Assembly (NCBI GenBank): GCA_963817125.1
Contig: CAWFNB010000004.1
Location: 139,144 to 203,143 of the forward strand
Reading direction: 5' to 3'
DNA from: an uncultured Actinomycetota bacterium
Lineage (GTDB): Bacteria; Actinomycetota; Actinomycetes; Propionibacteriales; Nocardioidaceae
Length of the DNA stretch: 64,000 nt
Shown: positions 1 through 9,246 of the stretch, piece by piece
How the letters are laid out: every line of letters begins with the position of its first letter
How positions within the stretch are numbered: the stretch's first letter is position 1
Notes under the pieces: generated by a model
What the model was told of the DNA's origin: nothing
The model's input: the letters and a program-made list of their open reading frames with translations, nothing else
The model's database searches: none
Position numbers and translations under genes: made by a program

Positions 1-125
1 AGCCACCGGGTGTCCCCGAAGGCGATCTCGATGAGCAGGGATGCCCCGAGGAAGAGCGCCAGCGCCACCAACCCCACCCGGAGGTAGAGATAGGTCTTGG
101 TCGTGGACTGGCTGTGCTTGGCCAC
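1..125 (-). CDS. 5' part of a membrane protein gene running off the left edge (partial)
   Basis: Minus-strand frame is open to the window edge and reads VAKHSQSTTKTYLYLRVGLVALALFLGASLLIEIAFGDTRW..., with a hydrophobic helix and G/C-rich third positions. Start is ambiguous (GTG at 125, 191 or 197). Absent from the ORF track because no stop lies in the window. Confidence 0.3.
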   Translation of the reverse strand, partial: MAKHSQSTTKTYLYLRVGLVALALFLGASLLIEIAFGDTRW

Positions 126-206
126 GTCAGCGTCGTACCACGATTGGTGGCGGCGCCGCGAGCGACGTGCCGACCGGTCCTCATCAGGCACTGCCACAAT
201 CGCGCC

Positions 207-1844
207 ATGACCCCGAAGACGCGGTCCTGGTGGGGCTGGGGCAACGTCGAGGACGCGGTGGTCGGGGACGAGCTCCGGCAGCTGACCAGCCGCGTCGCGG
301 CGATGCTGCCGAACGCCGAGCTCGAGCCGCACCAGGCACCGCCGGTCGAGTCGTTCCAGGTCCCGGCGAGTCGGGTGCGGCCCCCCGAGGCGCTCGCGAC
401 GCTGACGTCCGAGGCTCCGAGTGATCGCCTCGCGCACAGTCACGGCAAGGCGTTCCGGGACGTGGTGCGGGCCCTGCTCGGACGACTCGACAACGTCCCG
501 GACCTGGTGGTGCGCCCCACCAGCGAGGCGGAGGTCGCCCAGGTCCTGGACTGGTGCGGCGACGCCACGATCGCGGTGATTCCGTTCGGCGGCGGCTCGT
601 CGGTGGTCGGCGGTGTCGAGCCTCGCGTCGGCGACGGGTACGCCGCGACCGTCAGCCTTGACCTCGGCTCGATGAACCGGGTGCTCGAGATCGACACGAC
701 CAGCCGGGCGGCACTGGTCCAGGCGGGCACGTTGGGTCCCCACCTGGAGGAACAGCTCAGGCCCAGTGGCCACACCCTGCGGTTCTTCCCTCAGTCCTTC
801 GAGTTCTCGACGCTCGGCGGCTGGCTCGCGACGAGAGCCGGTGGGCACTACGCCACGGTCCTCACCCACATCGACGACCTCGCCGAGTCGCTGCGCGTCG
901 TCACACCCGCGGGCGTGGTCGAGTCACGCCGGCTACCGGCATCGGGGGCGGGTCCGGCGCCGGACCGCATGTTCCTCGGCTCCGAGGGGAGCCTCGGTGT
1001 GATCACCCAGGCGTGGATGCGGCTGCAGGACCGGCCGCGCTGGCGTGCCGCGGCGTCGGTGGCCTTCGAGGACTACGAGAACGGCGTCCAGGCCGTTCGA
1101 GCCATCTCGCAGTCAGGCCTGCACCCGGCGAACTGTCGGCTGCTCGACCCCGTGGAGGCGTTGATCAACGCCGGGTCGGACTCCGCGGTCCTGATCCTTG
1201 GCTTCGAGTCCGCCGACCACCCGGTCGCCGCCTGGATGGACCGCGCCCTGGAGCTGTGCCGCGACCATGCCGGTGTGGTGCCCGAGCCGGCCAGCTTCAC
1301 CGACGTCGCCGACCAACCCGCGCGCAGCGAGGCCGGCGACAGATGGCGCTCGGCCTTCGTGCGGATGCCCTACCAGCGCGACGCGCTCGCCGCGCACGGC
1401 ATGATCGTCGAGACCTTCGAGACCGCCTGCACCTGGGACCGCTTCGAGGCGCTCCGGGCCACCGTGGCCACCGCCGCCACTGACGCAATGCGCCAGGTGG
1501 GAGCTGAAGGAGCGCTGGCCTGCCGGTTCACCCATGTCTATCCCGACGGCCCGGCGCCGTACTTCGGGATCTATGCCGCCGGCCGCTGGGGTCAGACCGT
1601 CGAGCAGTGGGACGAGATCAAGGTCGCCGTCTCGGAGGCGATCCTGGGCTCGGGCGGCACGATCACCCATCACCATGCCGTCGGCCGCGACCACCGGCCT
1701 TGGTACGACCGTGAGCGGCCCGACCTGTTCGCCGCGGCACTGCGCGCTGGAAAGTCGGTGCTGGACCCGGTCGGCATCCTCAACCCCGGAGCGGTCATCG
1801 ATCCTCATCGGTCGGCGGCCGGCAGTGCGAGACTCGACCCATGA
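207..1844 (+). CDS. FAD-binding (FAD-linked oxidase, GlcD/alkyl-DHAP-synthase-like) oxidoreductase
   Basis: ORF 114..1844; internal ATG at 207 gives MTPKTRSWWGWG. FAD-binding PCMH-type segment VVRPTSEAEVAQVLDWCGDATIAVIPFGGGSSVVGG. C-terminal FAD-oxidase domain with HHHAVGRDH. Confidence 0.85.
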   Translation: MTPKTRSWWGWGNVEDAVVGDELRQLTSRVAAMLPNAELEPHQAPPVESFQVPASRVRPPEALATLTSEAPSDRLAHSHGKAFRDVVRALLGRLDNVPDLVVRPTSEAEVAQVLDWCGDATIAVIPFGGGSSVVGGVEPRVGDGYAATVSLDLGSMNRVLEIDTTSRAALVQAGTLGPHLEEQLRPSGHTLRFFPQSFEFSTLGGWLATRAGGHYATVLTHIDDLAESLRVVTPAGVVESRRLPASGAGPAPDRMFLGSEGSLGVITQAWMRLQDRPRWRAAASVAFEDYENGVQAVRAISQSGLHPANCRLLDPVEALINAGSDSAVLILGFESADHPVAAWMDRALELCRDHAGVVPEPASFTDVADQPARSEAGDRWRSAFVRMPYQRDALAAHGMIVETFETACTWDRFEALRATVATAATDAMRQVGAEGALACRFTHVYPDGPAPYFGIYAAGRWGQTVEQWDEIKVAVSEAILGSGGTITHHHAVGRDHRPWYDRERPDLFAAALRAGKSVLDPVGILNPGAVIDPHRSAAGSARLDP

Positions 1845-2632
1845 CCCCGCAGGTGGTCGCGCACCGGGGCGCCAGCCACGAGAACGCCGAGCACACCCTC
1901 GGGGCCTACGTGGCAGCCCTGGACGCCGGCGCCGACGGGCTCGAGTGCGATGTCCGGCTCACCGCCGACGGCCACCTGGTCTGCGTGCACGACCGCGACC
2001 TCCGGCGTACGGCGAGCCGGCGCGGCCTGGTCTCGACGTCCAACCTCGAGGACCTCCAGGAGCTCGACTTCGCGTCGTGGAAGAACCCGTGGGCCGACCT
2101 CGATGACGAGGCGCCCGACCGCGACCCCCAGATGGTCACGGTGCTCACGCTGCGCAAGCTCCTCGAGACCGTGGCCGACTACGACCGCCGGGTCGAGGTG
2201 GCGATCGAGACCAAGCATCCGACGCGGTACGGCGGCCTGGTCGAGAAGCGGGTGGCCGAGCTGCTCCACGACTTCGGCTGGGACGTCTCGCCGGACGACA
2301 CGCCGTCTCCGGTACGGGTGATGAGCTTCAGCTTCAGCGCCTTGCAGCGGATGGAGCGGCTGGCCCCCGCGGTGCCCGTCGTGCAGCTCATGGACAAGGC
2401 GCAGTACTGGCCGATGCTGCGCCGCGTGATGGGCAAGGAGTGGCTTGCCGGCCCGGGCATCGACCTGCTGCGCGTGCACCCCAAGCTGGCCACGCGGATC
2501 GCGAGCTCCGGCCACGACATGCACGTCTGGACCGTCAACTCCGAGCCCGACCTCCGGCTCTGCCAGGAGCTCGGGGTCCGGGCCGTGATCACCGACCGGC
2601 CGGCGTACCTGCTGGAGCTGCTCGGGCGCTAG
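1841..2632 (+). CDS. glycerophosphodiester phosphodiesterase
   Basis: N-terminus VVAHRGASHENAEHTLGAY...ECDVRLTADGHLVCVHD is the GDPD catalytic signature. ATGA overlap with the upstream stop. Confidence 0.85.
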   Translation: MTPQVVAHRGASHENAEHTLGAYVAALDAGADGLECDVRLTADGHLVCVHDRDLRRTASRRGLVSTSNLEDLQELDFASWKNPWADLDDEAPDRDPQMVTVLTLRKLLETVADYDRRVEVAIETKHPTRYGGLVEKRVAELLHDFGWDVSPDDTPSPVRVMSFSFSALQRMERLAPAVPVVQLMDKAQYWPMLRRVMGKEWLAGPGIDLLRVHPKLATRIASSGHDMHVWTVNSEPDLRLCQELGVRAVITDRPAYLLELLGR

Positions 2633-2646
2633 ATAGGTTCGGGCGC

Positions 2647-3582
2647 ATGGCGAAGAAGTCGCGCACCAAGGCCCGCGAGGGCGCCCGGACCGTCGCGCCC
2701 GGCGAGGTCGGCCCCCGCCAGCCCTGCCCGTGCGGGTCGGGCAAGCGGTACAAGGCCTGCCACGGTGCCGACGGGGGCGCGGCCGCGGTCTACGTCGCCC
2801 GCCCGTTCGAAGGTCTGCCCTCGGAGTGCGACGTCGTCGCGATGCGCGAGCTGGTGCCCTCGGCCACGACGCCACTCACCGTCACCGGCGCTGACACTGC
2901 GGTGACTCTCTGCTCGCTGCTGCCGATGGCCGCGCCCGCGATGGTGCGCGACAGCGGGGAGATCTGGCTCGGGCTGCAGGTGCAGCACAACTTCGGCGAC
3001 CCGTCGCGCGACATCGCAGCGGTTCTTCAGGTCGCGCTCGACTCCGAGCCCGGCGTGGTCGGGCTGACCGACCCTCCCGGGGCGGGGCCGCGGCTCCAGG
3101 ACCTGGTGACCGACACACAGCTGACGGTCACCGTGCACGAGGGGTTCGACTTCTGGATCTCCGACGTGAGGGAGCAGGACGAGCTCGCGGCCGCCCTCGA
3201 CCGCGCGAACGCGGCGGCGTCGCCCACCGCGCGCCTGACCCAGGTGGAGGCGGCGTACTGGACCGACGTCGGCACCAAGGAGCACCTGCGGTGGGTCATG
3301 CCCGAGCCCGAGGAGGCGCTGCTCGACGCGCTGGCCCGGCTGCACGTCGCCGGCAAGGACGTCCTGGTCGACAGCGCCCGCCTGGTCGGAATGTTTCGCG
3401 CGCACGGGCTGCTGGCACCGGTCTGGGACCTGCCGCTCGGCACCGGCCCCGAGGCGCTCGAGGACCCGGCGTCGACGTTCGCCGAGGACCTCGCGGCAGC
3501 GATGGCCGACGACTCCGCGCTCACCGCGGACCAGCGGGCGGCTCGCTCCGGGCTGGCGAACCGGCAGGTCACGATTCGCTGA
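2647..3582 (+). CDS. SEC-C motif protein (DUF5926-like)
   Basis: ATG at 2647 gives MAKKSRTKAREG...; metal-binding SEC-C motif CPCGSGKRYKACHG. The rest is a conserved actinobacterial hypothetical protein. Confidence 0.7.
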   Translation: MAKKSRTKAREGARTVAPGEVGPRQPCPCGSGKRYKACHGADGGAAAVYVARPFEGLPSECDVVAMRELVPSATTPLTVTGADTAVTLCSLLPMAAPAMVRDSGEIWLGLQVQHNFGDPSRDIAAVLQVALDSEPGVVGLTDPPGAGPRLQDLVTDTQLTVTVHEGFDFWISDVREQDELAAALDRANAAASPTARLTQVEAAYWTDVGTKEHLRWVMPEPEEALLDALARLHVAGKDVLVDSARLVGMFRAHGLLAPVWDLPLGTGPEALEDPASTFAEDLAAAMADDSALTADQRAARSGLANRQVTIR

Positions 3583-3636
3583 CCTGAAATCCGGGAACCG
3601 ACCGCATGCGTGCTGCGCCCCGGGCATGCTGTGCCG

Positions 3637-4023
3637 ATGGGTCTCTTCACCAGGCGCCGCCGCGACCAGCCGGTCGATCCGGACGAGCGGTCACCGCAGC
3701 TGGGCATCAAGTACAAGGACCTGATGCTGCTCGGCCAGCTCCAGCAGCTCGGCGCCGACCTCACCAAGCCACGGCACGTCATCCACTTCTCCTACGCACC
3801 GACGCGGGAGGCCGCCCGCGCGATGGGCGACGAGGCGGGCGCCCGCGGCTTCGACGTCGAGCTGGGCGAGCCGCTTCCCGAGCACCCTGACGACTGGCCG
3901 GTGCGCTGCGAGACGACAGCGGTGCTGCGGCCCGAGGTCGTTCGCGACAACACCGACTTCTTCGAGGAGCTCGCGTCCCGGCACGCCGCGGAGTACGACG
4001 GCTGGGAGGCCGCGGTCCGCTAA
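3637..4023 (+). CDS. RraB-like (regulator of ribonuclease activity B family) protein
   Basis: MGLFTRRRRDQ...KPRHVIHFSYAPTREAARAMGDEAGARGFDVEL...DGWEAAV resembles the RraB/DUF1260 fold family. Third-position GC is very high in this frame. Confidence 0.6.
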   Translation: MGLFTRRRRDQPVDPDERSPQLGIKYKDLMLLGQLQQLGADLTKPRHVIHFSYAPTREAARAMGDEAGARGFDVELGEPLPEHPDDWPVRCETTAVLRPEVVRDNTDFFEELASRHAAEYDGWEAAVR

Positions 4024-5052
4024 CCGCTCCTGGCTGCCGGTTTTCGCGCGACGCAGGACCCAGGACTCCAGCCGCGAGTAGCCCTTCACCGACGTACGGC
4101 GCATCCGACGGAACGAGAAGCCGCCGTGCTCACGCTCGTCGTGGTCCTGGTCCGACGTGTCGCCGGTGAGCGCGTCGTGCGCTCCCCGGTCGATGAGGAC
4201 CGAGCCGGGGCGCGCGACCGAGGTGAGGCGCGAAGCGATGTTCACGGTGGGGCCGAAGACGTCGCCGAGGCGAGCGACCACGTCGCCATACGCCACCCCC
4301 GCGCGGACCTCGGGGAAGTCATCGTCGGCGTCGGCGCCGCGGGCAGTCATGGTCAGCGCCGCCTCGGCCGCGCCGGCGGCGTCCTCGGCGACGAAAAGGA
4401 CTTCGTCGCCGATGTTCTTGATCACGCGGCCGCCGTGGTCCACGACGAGCCCGGAAGCCTCGGCCTCGAAGTACTCGATCCACTGCACCAGCTCCGAGTC
4501 GCCCATCTCCTTGCTGCGCGAGGTGAAGCCGACGATGTCGACGAAGACGACCGCGAGCCTGGTGGTGTTCGACCCCGCCGAGTCGCTGGCCATCAGCCGG
4601 GCGGCGGCGCTGGCGAGGTGACGGCGCCAGACGTAGCTCTGCAGCGACTCGACGCGCGGGAGCACCTCCGAGGCGAGCCCGGTCACCTGACCGACCGGGT
4701 CGTCGCTCTCGAGGGCGAGGTCGGTCAGCAGGGTGGTCTGCCACTCGGCCAGTCGCGCGAAGCTGCGGCCCCACGTCCGCACCAGCGCGGCCTGCCGGTC
4801 CGGGTTGAGGATCCCGAGCTTGACCAGGTCGTGGGTCTGCTCCAGGGCCTGGACGTCGGCCTGGGTGAAGGCCACCGCGTCGTCGGGGTGGTGGGCGAAG
4901 CCGAGCAGCCGCCACAGCTCCTGCGCGACCTCGAGTGGTACGCCGGCCTGCTCGACCACCTGCAGCCGGGTCAGCGTGGGCGCCTCTCCGAGCAGATACC
5001 TCTCGACGGTCTCGAGTGCGGCCGAGAGGTCGGCGTCCCTCTCGTCGCTCAA
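3691..5052 (-). CDS. class III adenylate/guanylate cyclase with N-terminal HTH-like regulatory region
   Basis: Cyclase motifs VVFVDIVGFTSRS, KNIGDEVLFVA, RAGVAYGDVVARLGDVFGPTVNIASRL. Probable TTG start at 5052 overlaps the upstream stop (TTGA). The frame has no stop until 3691, which is inside the convergent rraB-like gene. Confidence 0.8.
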   Translation of the reverse strand: MSDERDADLSAALETVERYLLGEAPTLTRLQVVEQAGVPLEVAQELWRLLGFAHHPDDAVAFTQADVQALEQTHDLVKLGILNPDRQAALVRTWGRSFARLAEWQTTLLTDLALESDDPVGQVTGLASEVLPRVESLQSYVWRRHLASAAARLMASDSAGSNTTRLAVVFVDIVGFTSRSKEMGDSELVQWIEYFEAEASGLVVDHGGRVIKNIGDEVLFVAEDAAGAAEAALTMTARGADADDDFPEVRAGVAYGDVVARLGDVFGPTVNIASRLTSVARPGSVLIDRGAHDALTGDTSDQDHDEREHGGFSFRRMRRTSVKGYSRLESWVLRRAKTGSQERLADRGLPAVVLRGVPGRELLEEVGVVANDLGPQHRCRLAAHRPVVRVLGKRLAQLDVEAAGARLVAHRAGGLPRRCVGEVDDVPWLGEVGAELLELAEQHQVLVLDAQLR

Positions 5053-5426
5053 CTCTTCTGCGGGAACCGCTCCGCGGCGGTCTTCTCCAGTGCCTCGTGG
5101 AACGACGGCATCTCGACGTTGAGCTGGTCCAGCTGCTCCTTGGTGAAGTGGATCAGCTCCAGAGGCGTGAGGGCGACGATCGTGGCGGTGCGCAGCGAGT
5201 GGTTCAGGATCGCGGCCTCGCCGACGATCTCGCCGGGCCCGAGCTGGGCGACCTCGTCGCCGTGCGAGCGCACCGACACCGTGCCGTTGAGGATGACGTA
5301 GGCCTTGTCGGCCCCAGTCTTCTCCGAGATCGGTGCCCATCCCTCGGGCAGCGTCACGCGGGTACCGGACGCACTGATGCGGGCGATCTCCTCGGGTGTG
5401 AACATCGAGAAGAAGGTCTCTGCCAT
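5049..5426 (-). CDS. cyclic nucleotide-binding domain protein
   Basis: ATG at 5426 (MAETFFSMF...). cNMP-binding beta-barrel signature ILNGTVSV...LGPGEIVGEAAILNHSLRTATIVA. Confidence 0.8.
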   Translation of the reverse strand: MAETFFSMFTPEEIARISASGTRVTLPEGWAPISEKTGADKAYVILNGTVSVRSHGDEVAQLGPGEIVGEAAILNHSLRTATIVALTPLELIHFTKEQLDQLNVEMPSFHEALEKTAAERFPQKS

Positions 5427-5525
5427 GGCCAGCCTTTCGCGGGTCGGGTGCTCGGCCGGATCCTTCCGGAGTGGCCGAGGGCTAGTAGGAGAACGAACGA
5501 AGCCTCCCGAGGGCACGTGTGAGCC

Positions 5526-6761
5526 TCAGCTCAGCGGCTCACGTGAGATCGGGCAGCTCATGCACCGCGGCCCGCCGCGACCGGAGCCGAGCTCGGAGCC
5601 GGCGATCCGGATCACCTCGATACCGGCGTCCTCCAGGCGGGCGTTGGTCTCGTCGTTGCGCTCGTAGGCGACCGCGACCCGAGGAGCCAGGGCGAGGGTG
5701 TTGTTGCCGTCGTCCCACTGCTCCCGCTCGGCGGTGACCGGGTCGAGGCCGGTGTCGATCTTGTGCAAGGCGTCGATCTCCATCGCCTTCGCCGCGGCGA
5801 CCAGGAACGGCTCGGCCTTGCCGACCTCGAGGACCAGGTCGCCGTCCGCCTCCATGTCGCCGGTGGGCCGGACCGAGTAGGCGACCAGGGAGTCCGCGAC
5901 GTTGGGGTAGACGACCATCTTGTCGGTGTCGACGAGCGTGCAGATCGTGTCGAGGTGCATGGTCGCGCGTTCCTGCGCGATCGGTACGGCGAGCACGGTG
6001 TGCGCGAGGTCGGACTTGAAGCACTGCCGGGCCAGCCGCTCCACGCCGGCGGGCGTGGTCCGCTCCCCGACGCCCACCGCGATGACACCCGGGGCGAGGA
6101 GCAGGACGTCGCCACCCTCGACGTGCTCGAGGTGCGCGCCGTGGATGCGCGGCGTGCCCTGGAACCGCGGGTGCTCGGTGTAGATGAGCTCGGTCAGCTC
6201 CGTCTCGCGCTTGCGCGCCGGCATGGCCAGCGACGTGATCGTGACCCGGTCGCGGATCCACACGCTCGAGTCGCGGGTGAACAGCAGGTTGGGCAGCGGG
6301 TCGATGAGGAAGTCGTCGTGGGCCAGCAGGGAGGTGACCAGGCCGAAGCCACCGCGCACCTCGTCGTTCCGGATCCCCGCCGTGAGGTAGCCGGTCAGCT
6401 CCGCCGGCGAGGCGTCCCCGAGGAGCCCCTCCAGGTAGCCGCGCATCGTGTCGCCCAGGTCGAGGTCGCCGAGAGCCTCCTGGGTCGCGTGGGCCCGGGC
6501 GTCCTCCTGCTGCAGCGTCTCGGTCAGCAGGTCGGCGAGGTAGAGCACCTCGACGCCACGACCGCGCAGCGTCTCCGCGAAGGCGTCGTGCTCCTCCTGG
6601 GCCCGAGCGACCCAGGGGATCGCGTCGTAGAGCAGCTTGTCGTTGTTGCGGGGCGTGAGCCGCGTCAGCTCCGGGCCGGGTCGGTGCAGCATCACCGTGC
6701 GCAGCCGACCGACCTCGCTGTCCGCGCCGTGCGGCGCGCGGTCGGGGGTTCCCTCGGTCAT
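5526..6761 (-). CDS. arcA: arginine deiminase
   Basis: 411 aa. N-terminus [15 protein letters not shown] and C-terminal catalytic Cys motif [12 protein letters not shown] are typical of ArcA. Confidence 0.9.
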   Translation of the reverse strand: MTEGTPDRAPHGADSEVGRLRTVMLHRPGPELTRLTPRNNDKLLYDAIPWVARAQEEHDAFAETLRGRGVEVLYLADLLTETLQQEDARAHATQEALGDLDLGDTMRGYLEGLLGDASPAELTGYLTAGIRNDEVRGGFGLVTSLLAHDDFLIDPLPNLLFTRDSSVWIRDRVTITSLAMPARKRETELTELIYTEHPRFQGTPRIHGAHLEHVEGGDVLLLAPGVIAVGVGERTTPAGVERLARQCFKSDLAHTVLAVPIAQERATMHLDTICTLVDTDKMVVYPNVADSLVAYSVRPTGDMEADGDLVLEVGKAEPFLVAAAKAMEIDALHKIDTGLDPVTAEREQWDDGNNTLALAPRVAVAYERNDETNARLEDAGIEVIRIAGSELGSGRGGPRCMSCPISREPLS

Positions 6762-6784
6762 GGTTGAACTCTAGGGTGCCCGAC

Positions 6785-7831
6785 ATGACCCCACGGCCGG
6801 GGAGCGCACTGCTTGCCGCCGTTCTCCTGATGTCCCTCGGGGTGGCCTGCGGTGACGGCGACGAGCCGGGGCCTGCCGCGGGGGCGAGCTCATCGGCGGC
6901 GGCCGAACCCTCGGACTCGCCGGCAGAACCTCCAGCCGAGACCGAGTCGGCGCTCCCCGAAGCGGTGCCCGTCGACGACGCTCGCGGAGAGACGATCCAC
7001 GCCGAGCCGTTCGCGGACTTCATGGTGGCAGCGGCCGACCTGGCCTGGGTGAGCGGTGTGGCCCCCGGTCTGGTGGCCTACGACACCGCGGGCGAGATCG
7101 TGCACCAGGTCGACTTCGACAGCCAAGTCGTCCAGGCGATGGCAACCGACGGGCAGTCGGTGTACGCCGCCGGCGTACACCCTGACGCGCTGCTCGTCGT
7201 CGACGCGAAGACCGGCAAGGAGACCGCCCGCGTGCCTCTCGACGCCACGCCGCTCGAGGAGTCCTCGGTCGCGGCCCGCGCCGGCACCGCGTGGGTGCTG
7301 GTCGATATCGCAGCGCCGAAGCTCGTCGTGGTCGAAGGCGGCAAGGTGACGGGCACGCTCGCCGCTCCTCAAGGTGCCCTCGCCGCGCGCTTCGGCTTCG
7401 ACTCGCTGTGGGTCACCGCGGCCGGCGGGCAGGTTGCCCGGCTCGACCCTGCGGACGGTCGGGTGCTGGCGACGTACGCCGTCGGGGTGGGGGCCCGGTT
7501 CCTGACCGTCGGCGACGACGCGGTCTGGACGCTCGACGCCAGCGACGGCGCGGTCTCTCGCGTCGACCCGCAGACCGGCGCGGTCGCGCAGGTGTTGGTC
7601 TCGGAGCGACCCATCAACGGCGGTGACATCGCGGCAGACCAGGGGGCGGTGTGGGCGCAGACGGCGTACGGCGTCACCCGCGTCGACCCGGCGACCGTGA
7701 CCGCCACGCACCTGATCAAGATCACGCCGGGCAGCGGGAGTGTCGCCGCGACAGCGGACTGGCTGTGGATCTCCGACCACGACCACCTGGCCGTGCACCG
7801 GGTGCCGCTCGACTACTTCAACAGCTCGTAG
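6785..7831 (+). CDS. lipoprotein with beta-propeller-like repeats
   Basis: ATG at 6785 gives MTPRPGSALLAAVLLMSLGVAC (lipobox LGVAC). Repeated xVWxxDxxxGxVxRVDP blocks follow. Function unknown. Confidence 0.6.
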   Translation: MTPRPGSALLAAVLLMSLGVACGDGDEPGPAAGASSSAAAEPSDSPAEPPAETESALPEAVPVDDARGETIHAEPFADFMVAAADLAWVSGVAPGLVAYDTAGEIVHQVDFDSQVVQAMATDGQSVYAAGVHPDALLVVDAKTGKETARVPLDATPLEESSVAARAGTAWVLVDIAAPKLVVVEGGKVTGTLAAPQGALAARFGFDSLWVTAAGGQVARLDPADGRVLATYAVGVGARFLTVGDDAVWTLDASDGAVSRVDPQTGAVAQVLVSERPINGGDIAADQGAVWAQTAYGVTRVDPATVTATHLIKITPGSGSVAATADWLWISDHDHLAVHRVPLDYFNSS

Positions 7832-8403
7832 CCTGTGAGAGCTGCCAGCAGCAGGCAGACCGCCGCGCCGACATAGTGCAGCACGTGCAGCGCCACGAAT
7901 CGCAGCAACGTCCGGCCGGCCAGCACCGCCAGGCCGCTCACCAAGAGCAGAGCCGCGAGGGCGCCCAGGAAGACGCTGCCGGGCGCCTCGTACCGCGCGA
8001 CCAGCGAGATCGTCAGCAGCTGGGAGAGGTCACCCCACTCGGCGGCGAAGAGCACGAGGAACGACGCGAGGACGGCGCGGAAGCCGGTGACGTCCTTCGC
8101 CCCCTCGACGAGCTCCTCGTCCGAGACGTGCTGGTGGCCGCGGCCCTCGCGGATCAGGATCACCGCGCCGGCGAGGAACATCAGCAGCGCCACGACCCGG
8201 ACGACGTCCACGGGCAGGAAGGACGCGGCGTGCCCGAGCAGGACCGCAATCGTCGTCTGTACGGCGAACGCGGCACCCACCCCGAGCCAGACCAGGACCG
8301 GGCGGTACTTGGTGGACAGCACCAGCGTGGCGAGGAAGGTCTTGTCGGGCAGCTCCACGACGAAGATGGCGGCGAAGGTCAGCGCCAGGGCGGCGAGGTC
8401 CAC
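7813..8403 (-). CDS. GDT1/TMEM165 (UPF0016) family cation transporter
   Basis: 196 aa, about 6 TM segments, with the two family motifs ELPDKT and EWGDLS. Lies 9 nt downstream of the channel gene. Confidence 0.8.
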   Translation of the reverse strand: MDLAALALTFAAIFVVELPDKTFLATLVLSTKYRPVLVWLGVGAAFAVQTTIAVLLGHAASFLPVDVVRVVALLMFLAGAVILIREGRGHQHVSDEELVEGAKDVTGFRAVLASFLVLFAAEWGDLSQLLTISLVARYEAPGSVFLGALAALLLVSGLAVLAGRTLLRFVALHVLHYVGAAVCLLLAALTGYELLK

Positions 8404-8412
8404 GGGGTGGGG

Positions 8413-9246
8413 TCAGGCTCCCCGGTCCAGTCGGGCCTCGAGCGCGGCCACCTGGGCCTTGAGGTCGGCGATGGCGTCGAGAACCACGCGTGTCGACGCG
8501 TCGACCGCATGCTCCACCTCGTCCACCTCCTGCCGCAGCTCCTCGCGCTCCTCGTCGGCCTCGTGCTCGAGCGCCTCCACGGCCACGGCGATGAACAGGT
8601 TGAGCACGATGTAGGTCGCGAGCACGATGTAGACCACGAAGAACAGGTACGCCGCAGCGTGCTCCTCGGAGACAGGCCGGACCACGGCAGCCCAGTCGTC
8701 GCCGGTGGTGATCTGGAACATCGACCTCAGTGAGTCGGTGAGCGTGCCGAAGTGCTCGGGATCGCTGTCCCCGAAGACCTGGGTCGCCACCACGCTCGCG
8801 ATGTAGATGAGCATCCCGAGCAGGGCGGCGATCGAGGCCATGCCCGGCACCGTGGCGACCATGGCCGCCACCACCCGGCGCATCGAGCGCACGGTGGACA
8901 GCAGCCGCAGTACCCGGAGCACGCGCAGCACCCGGAGCACCGAGTAGGAGCCACCGCCCGGGATCACCGCGATCACGACGACGATCAGGTCGAAGACGTT
9001 CCAGCCGCCGCGAAAGAACTTCAGCCCGTGCGCGAAGAGACGCAGGGCTATCTCGACCACGAACACCGCCACGGTGGCCTGGCCCACCCGGGTGGTCTCC
9101 TCGCCGTGGTCGGCCATCCAGCCGGGGGAGACCTCGAGGCCCAGCACCACGGCGTTCACGAGGATCACCCCGATGATCGCCCACTGGAACGGCGTCGACT
9201 CGACCAGCGTGCGGACGCGGCCCCGCACGGAAGGTGCTGGGGTCAT
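8413..9246 (-). CDS. voltage-gated ion channel, NaChBac/BacNav family (single 6-TM repeat)
   Basis: 277 aa from ATG 9246. S4 segment SVLRVLRVLRVLRLLSTVRSMRR. Pore FGTLTDSLRSMFQITTGDDWAAVVRPV. C-terminal coiled coil. ATGA overlap with the larC stop. Confidence 0.85.
   Translation of the reverse strand: MTPAPSVRGRVRTLVESTPFQWAIIGVILVNAVVLGLEVSPGWMADHGEETTRVGQATVAVFVVEIALRLFAHGLKFFRGGWNVFDLIVVVIAVIPGGGSYSVLRVLRVLRVLRLLSTVRSMRRVVAAMVATVPGMASIAALLGMLIYIASVVATQVFGDSDPEHFGTLTDSLRSMFQITTGDDWAAVVRPVSEEHAAAYLFFVVYIVLATYIVLNLFIAVAVEALEHEADEEREELRQEVDEVEHAVDASTRVVLDAIADLKAQVAALEARLDRGA

Noticed and set aside
3691-5340. 549-aa version of the cyclase starting at 5340
   Set aside because: The first ~96 codons overlap the cNMP-binding gene in another frame and are Arg/Gly/Pro-rich. 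The TTG at 5052, coupled to the upstream stop, fits better.
8404-8412. Possible yybP-ykoY (Mn2+) riboswitch upstream of the GDT1/UPF0016 transporter
   Set aside because: Only 9 nt separate it from the preceding channel gene, so there is no room for a riboswitch.
8880-8960. Apparent triplet/9-nt periodic repeat (CGCAGCACCCGGAGCAC...)
   Set aside because: It is the coding sequence of the S4 voltage sensor (LRVLRVLRVLRLL) and not a tandem DNA repeat element.
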